NCBI RefSeq assembly: GCF_006345805.1
Contig: NC_043022.1
Coordinates: 12,462,001 to 12,526,000, forward strand
Length of the DNA: 64,000 nucleotides
Source of the DNA: Octopus sinensis
Taxonomy: Eukaryota
Reading direction: 5' to 3'
Position numbers and translations under genes: made by a program. Below are positions 60,743 through 64,000 of the stretch, piece after piece. Below the pieces are notes generated by a model that was not told the DNA's origin, did no database searches, and saw only the letters and a list, made by a program, of their open reading frames with translations. The stretch's first letter is position 1, and each line of letters starts with the position of its first letter.

Positions 60743-61524
60743 GACGGGCTTCTTTCAGTTTCCGTCTACCAAATCCACTCACAAGGCATTGGTCAGCCCG
60801 AGGCTATAGTAGAAGACACTTGCCCAAGGTGCCACGCAGTGGGACTGAACCCAGAACCATGTGGTTGGTAAACAAGCTACCTACCACACAGCCACTACTG
60901 GGACAATTTTTTCCAAATCTATACAGCATTGACTTAACCATGAAAATTGTGACTATGGACATTGTTGTCCAGCAAACTCATTAGCATTTTTTGAAGTTTC
61001 AAGATCAACGTAAATAAACACCGAGCTGGCAGAAACGTTAGCACGCTGGGCGAAATGCGTAGCCGTATTTCGTCTGCCGTTACGTTCTGGGTTCAAATTC
61101 CGCCGAGGTCGACTTTGCCTTTCATCCTTTCGGGGTCGATAAATTAAGTACCAGTTACGCACTGGGGTCGATGTAATCGACTTAATCCGTTTGTCTGTCC
61201 TTGTTTGTCCCCTCCGTGTTTACCCCCATGTGGGTAGTAAAGAAATATATTTTATTCAGCTCTGAAGAAATTCAGAGTAATTACCAGTTCACATTTTCAG
61301 GTGAAAAAAATGTTATTTTATGCGATGTCACATACGTCACTCTTTTTGCATCCCCTTAAAAAACTCGCTATATATGCACCTTCATGGTATATCTTTTGAC
61401 CGAAGACAGCACCAATGTTAACAAATGCATTCTTGGCTGTGAACAAATCACTATTCCTTGTTTAATCATTCATTAATATACACTCACACATATTTTGTTG
61501 TGTGGTATTATTGTATGATGTATA

Positions 61525-61855
61525 GAGTGGTTAGGGCAGCGGACTCGCGGTCATAGGATCGCGGTTTCGATTCCCAGACCGGGCGTTGTGAGTGTTTATT
61601 GAGTGAAAACACCTAAAGCTCCACGAGGCTCCGGCAGGGGATGGTGGTGATCCCTGCTGTACTCTTTCACCACAACTTTCTCTCACTCTTACTTCCTGTT
61701 TATCTTGTACCTGTATTTCAAAGGGCCTTGTCACTCTCTGTGTCACGCTGAATATCCCCGAGAACTACGTTAAGGGTACACGTGTCTGTGGAGTGCTCAG
61801 TCACTTACACGTTAATTTCACGAGCAGGCTGTTCCGTTGATTCGGAGTACTTCCC
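61525..61855 (+). mobile_element. SINE family D, slightly 5'-truncated
   Basis: Near-identical reverse complement of most of 59133-59514. Confidence 0.85.
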
Positions 61856-64000
61856 ATGATGTATACAACACTTAGATTAGATCGCCTACTGACATATCTT
61901 AGATGATTTATTGTGATAAATGTGTCCAAGTTTCAAAGAGTTACAATATTGTGTTGAAGAAATTGCAAATAAAGTATTTGTAGAAATTTGATCCAACATT
62001 TTATATTATATTCACCTTTTAATTCCTTAATGTTGCATTTATTTAGTAATTGAAACTGATTGCATTGTGAAGTATGTAGGCAGTGCAAGAATCTCTTTCC
62101 TTAAATTCAGATTCCGTAAACAAGACGAGGCAGCTATAGATCTAGTATTAATAAGGGTAATTAGAAAATTTAATATATTGATATTGGAAATTGTTCATTT
62201 TTATATACAACGAAAAACCACTTTCATTTAGGTTTGGTATAAAACCACGCCAATTCACCATTTCTGAGACCATGCTTTAGTTCTACTTTTCTGAACTCTT
62301 TTGGTCTTGACTCGCTGAGAAAAGAAAGGTCAACACTTAACATGATATTGGTTTATACATTTTAAATGTATTTTTAAAATTAATTAATATTAAGTATTGG
62401 CAATCTTTCGTATTAATTACTAATACTAAAAATCATCATCATCATCATCGTTTAACGTCCGTTTTCCATGCTGGCATGAAATATTTATATTTGCTTTCGT
62501 TAACGTAATAAGTTTGTAATTTATAGTAAATTCCAAGAGATAAAAGAAAATATTTTCAAGAGTATAAACTGATAAAGTGGAATACATTAGTTGGGTTGGT
62601 GTCTTCATCTTGATTATTGCTTTCACTACGTTTCTGTACAACAGCCGAAATATAGTGAAAGCAACAATCAAAATGAGGACACCAGTCTTACTAATGTAAA
62701 CAGTGTACATAATATAAACCCCTCATCTCAGAAATATAGAATTGTATGATTCAATCGGTACTGAGCCAACATAAGACATTAATGGAGGTTTTGTAAGCCT
62801 TAAAAATTCTTTGTTACTGTCTACTGGCATAGTATAATGAAGGAAGACGTTGGTTAATGCACTGTAGTCACTTAAAGGTAACAGGCGAAGACACCAGTCC
62901 AACTAATTTAAACAGTGTACTTTATATAAATTCTTAATCTCAGAAATATAGAACTATATTCACTTTTATGGTCTATGGGGTCTGTGATAAAGACAATAAT
63001 AGATGGGAGGAACCACTAAATTGGGACAAATGTAGATTCACACCTCTCATTAGCCCCCCCCCCCATTATTTGGTAGGTTTAAGTTATTTGATGAATTTTA
63101 CTATAACAAGTCTCATGTGACGGGTTTGGACATTCGGAATAGCTGTCGTTACCCCTTAGAAAGGGAAAAGGGCAAAGAATTGAGTGATTATTTCCTTCTG
63201 CGACATAATTGTTGTCCAAAGAATTAAATTCCTCTTGTTCAAAAGATTTCTTTTACATTTATGCCTCCGAGTTCTGTGTCGTTTTGGGGTTAAGTTTTGC
63301 TATTACCCTCTGGCTTCCACTCTATATTGGGACAAAGATAAACTATTGCTGATATAATAACAGTGACTAACTTAATTTCTGTCATTCATTAGATGAGAAA
63401 CTAATGGCAAAATTTGAACGTATCTTTCTTATCGTCTTTGCTCATAACCCAGAGGCGTTATTAATGAACAAATATGTTTCTGTCATCATTCTTTGCTAGA
63501 AAAGCACCCACTGACAAAATTTCAAATCTGTATGTAAAAAATTTACAAAATTACAAGCAGATATTGTGGATACTCCTCTTGAACCTGAATAGTTCAGAAT
63601 AACGTGAACAAATAAGCATTACATTTGATAGATGAAAAGGAACATTAAAGACGTTTTTAGGTGTTTTTTTATTCTTACACACATACCATGGCCTCGCTCG
63701 GTTGGGAGTACACACGTTACTTTGACATCAGCATTCCATAAAATTTGCTTATGGGGAGAAAAATATTGAAAAATATCAATAAATGTGTGAGAAAGAAATG
63801 AGGAAGGAAGTTTGAGAATGTGCTAGAAATAACAGCCACATCTCCCTTAAATCACACATTTTCCTCTCAAATTATTGACAATCTTTTTTTAAAACCGAAA
63901 ATGTTTCTCTCACGGGTTTTAAGTGCGTATTAAAGAAAAAAAAATGGCCAAATTCTTTTCGGACTGGAGTGGTGAGGGGGTGGCGGGAGTGAAACTCCAT

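Noticed and set aside
63400-63470. Minus-strand RLWVMSKDDKKD resembling the M13 'V..DDKNS' exon expected upstream
   Set aside because: Flanked by in-frame stops, lacks splice sites, and the motif spacing is wrong.

Overview
AT-rich, microsatellite- and SINE-dense eukaryotic genomic DNA, most likely from an octopus or other coleoid cephalopod (inferred from repeat content, not proven). One gene can be reconstructed: a minus-strand M13-family zinc metallopeptidase (neprilysin-1-like). I traced 16 exons by hand from 59730 down to the stop at 38324. All have GT-AG boundaries and matching phases, giving 1560 nt = 519 aa + stop, with intact VNAFY, HEITH, GENIADNGG, HSP and C-terminal CxVW motifs. 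I found no upstream (N-terminal) exon in the window. No convincing coding exon was found in 1-38.3 kb, and nearly all ORF-track entries are microsatellite or SINE artefacts. The rest is a transposon landscape: several tRNA-derived SINE families, TTAA-flanked piggyBac-type MITEs, a Helitron, a deleted mariner, CR1, RTE and R4/Dong LINE remnants, a long foldback element carrying TTAGGG repeats, and a truncated tRNA-Val. Best second-look items: (1) a core-intact minimal hammerhead ribozyme motif at 35020-35062, a near-intact variant at 9530-9567 and several decayed relatives (Penelope-like); (2) two tandem arrays built from the gene's own sequence, one multiplying the splice acceptor of the penultimate exon and one multiplying the final codons and stop into the 3' UTR; (3) young inverted SINE pairs and long hairpins in the introns, which could drive circularisation or A-to-I editing.
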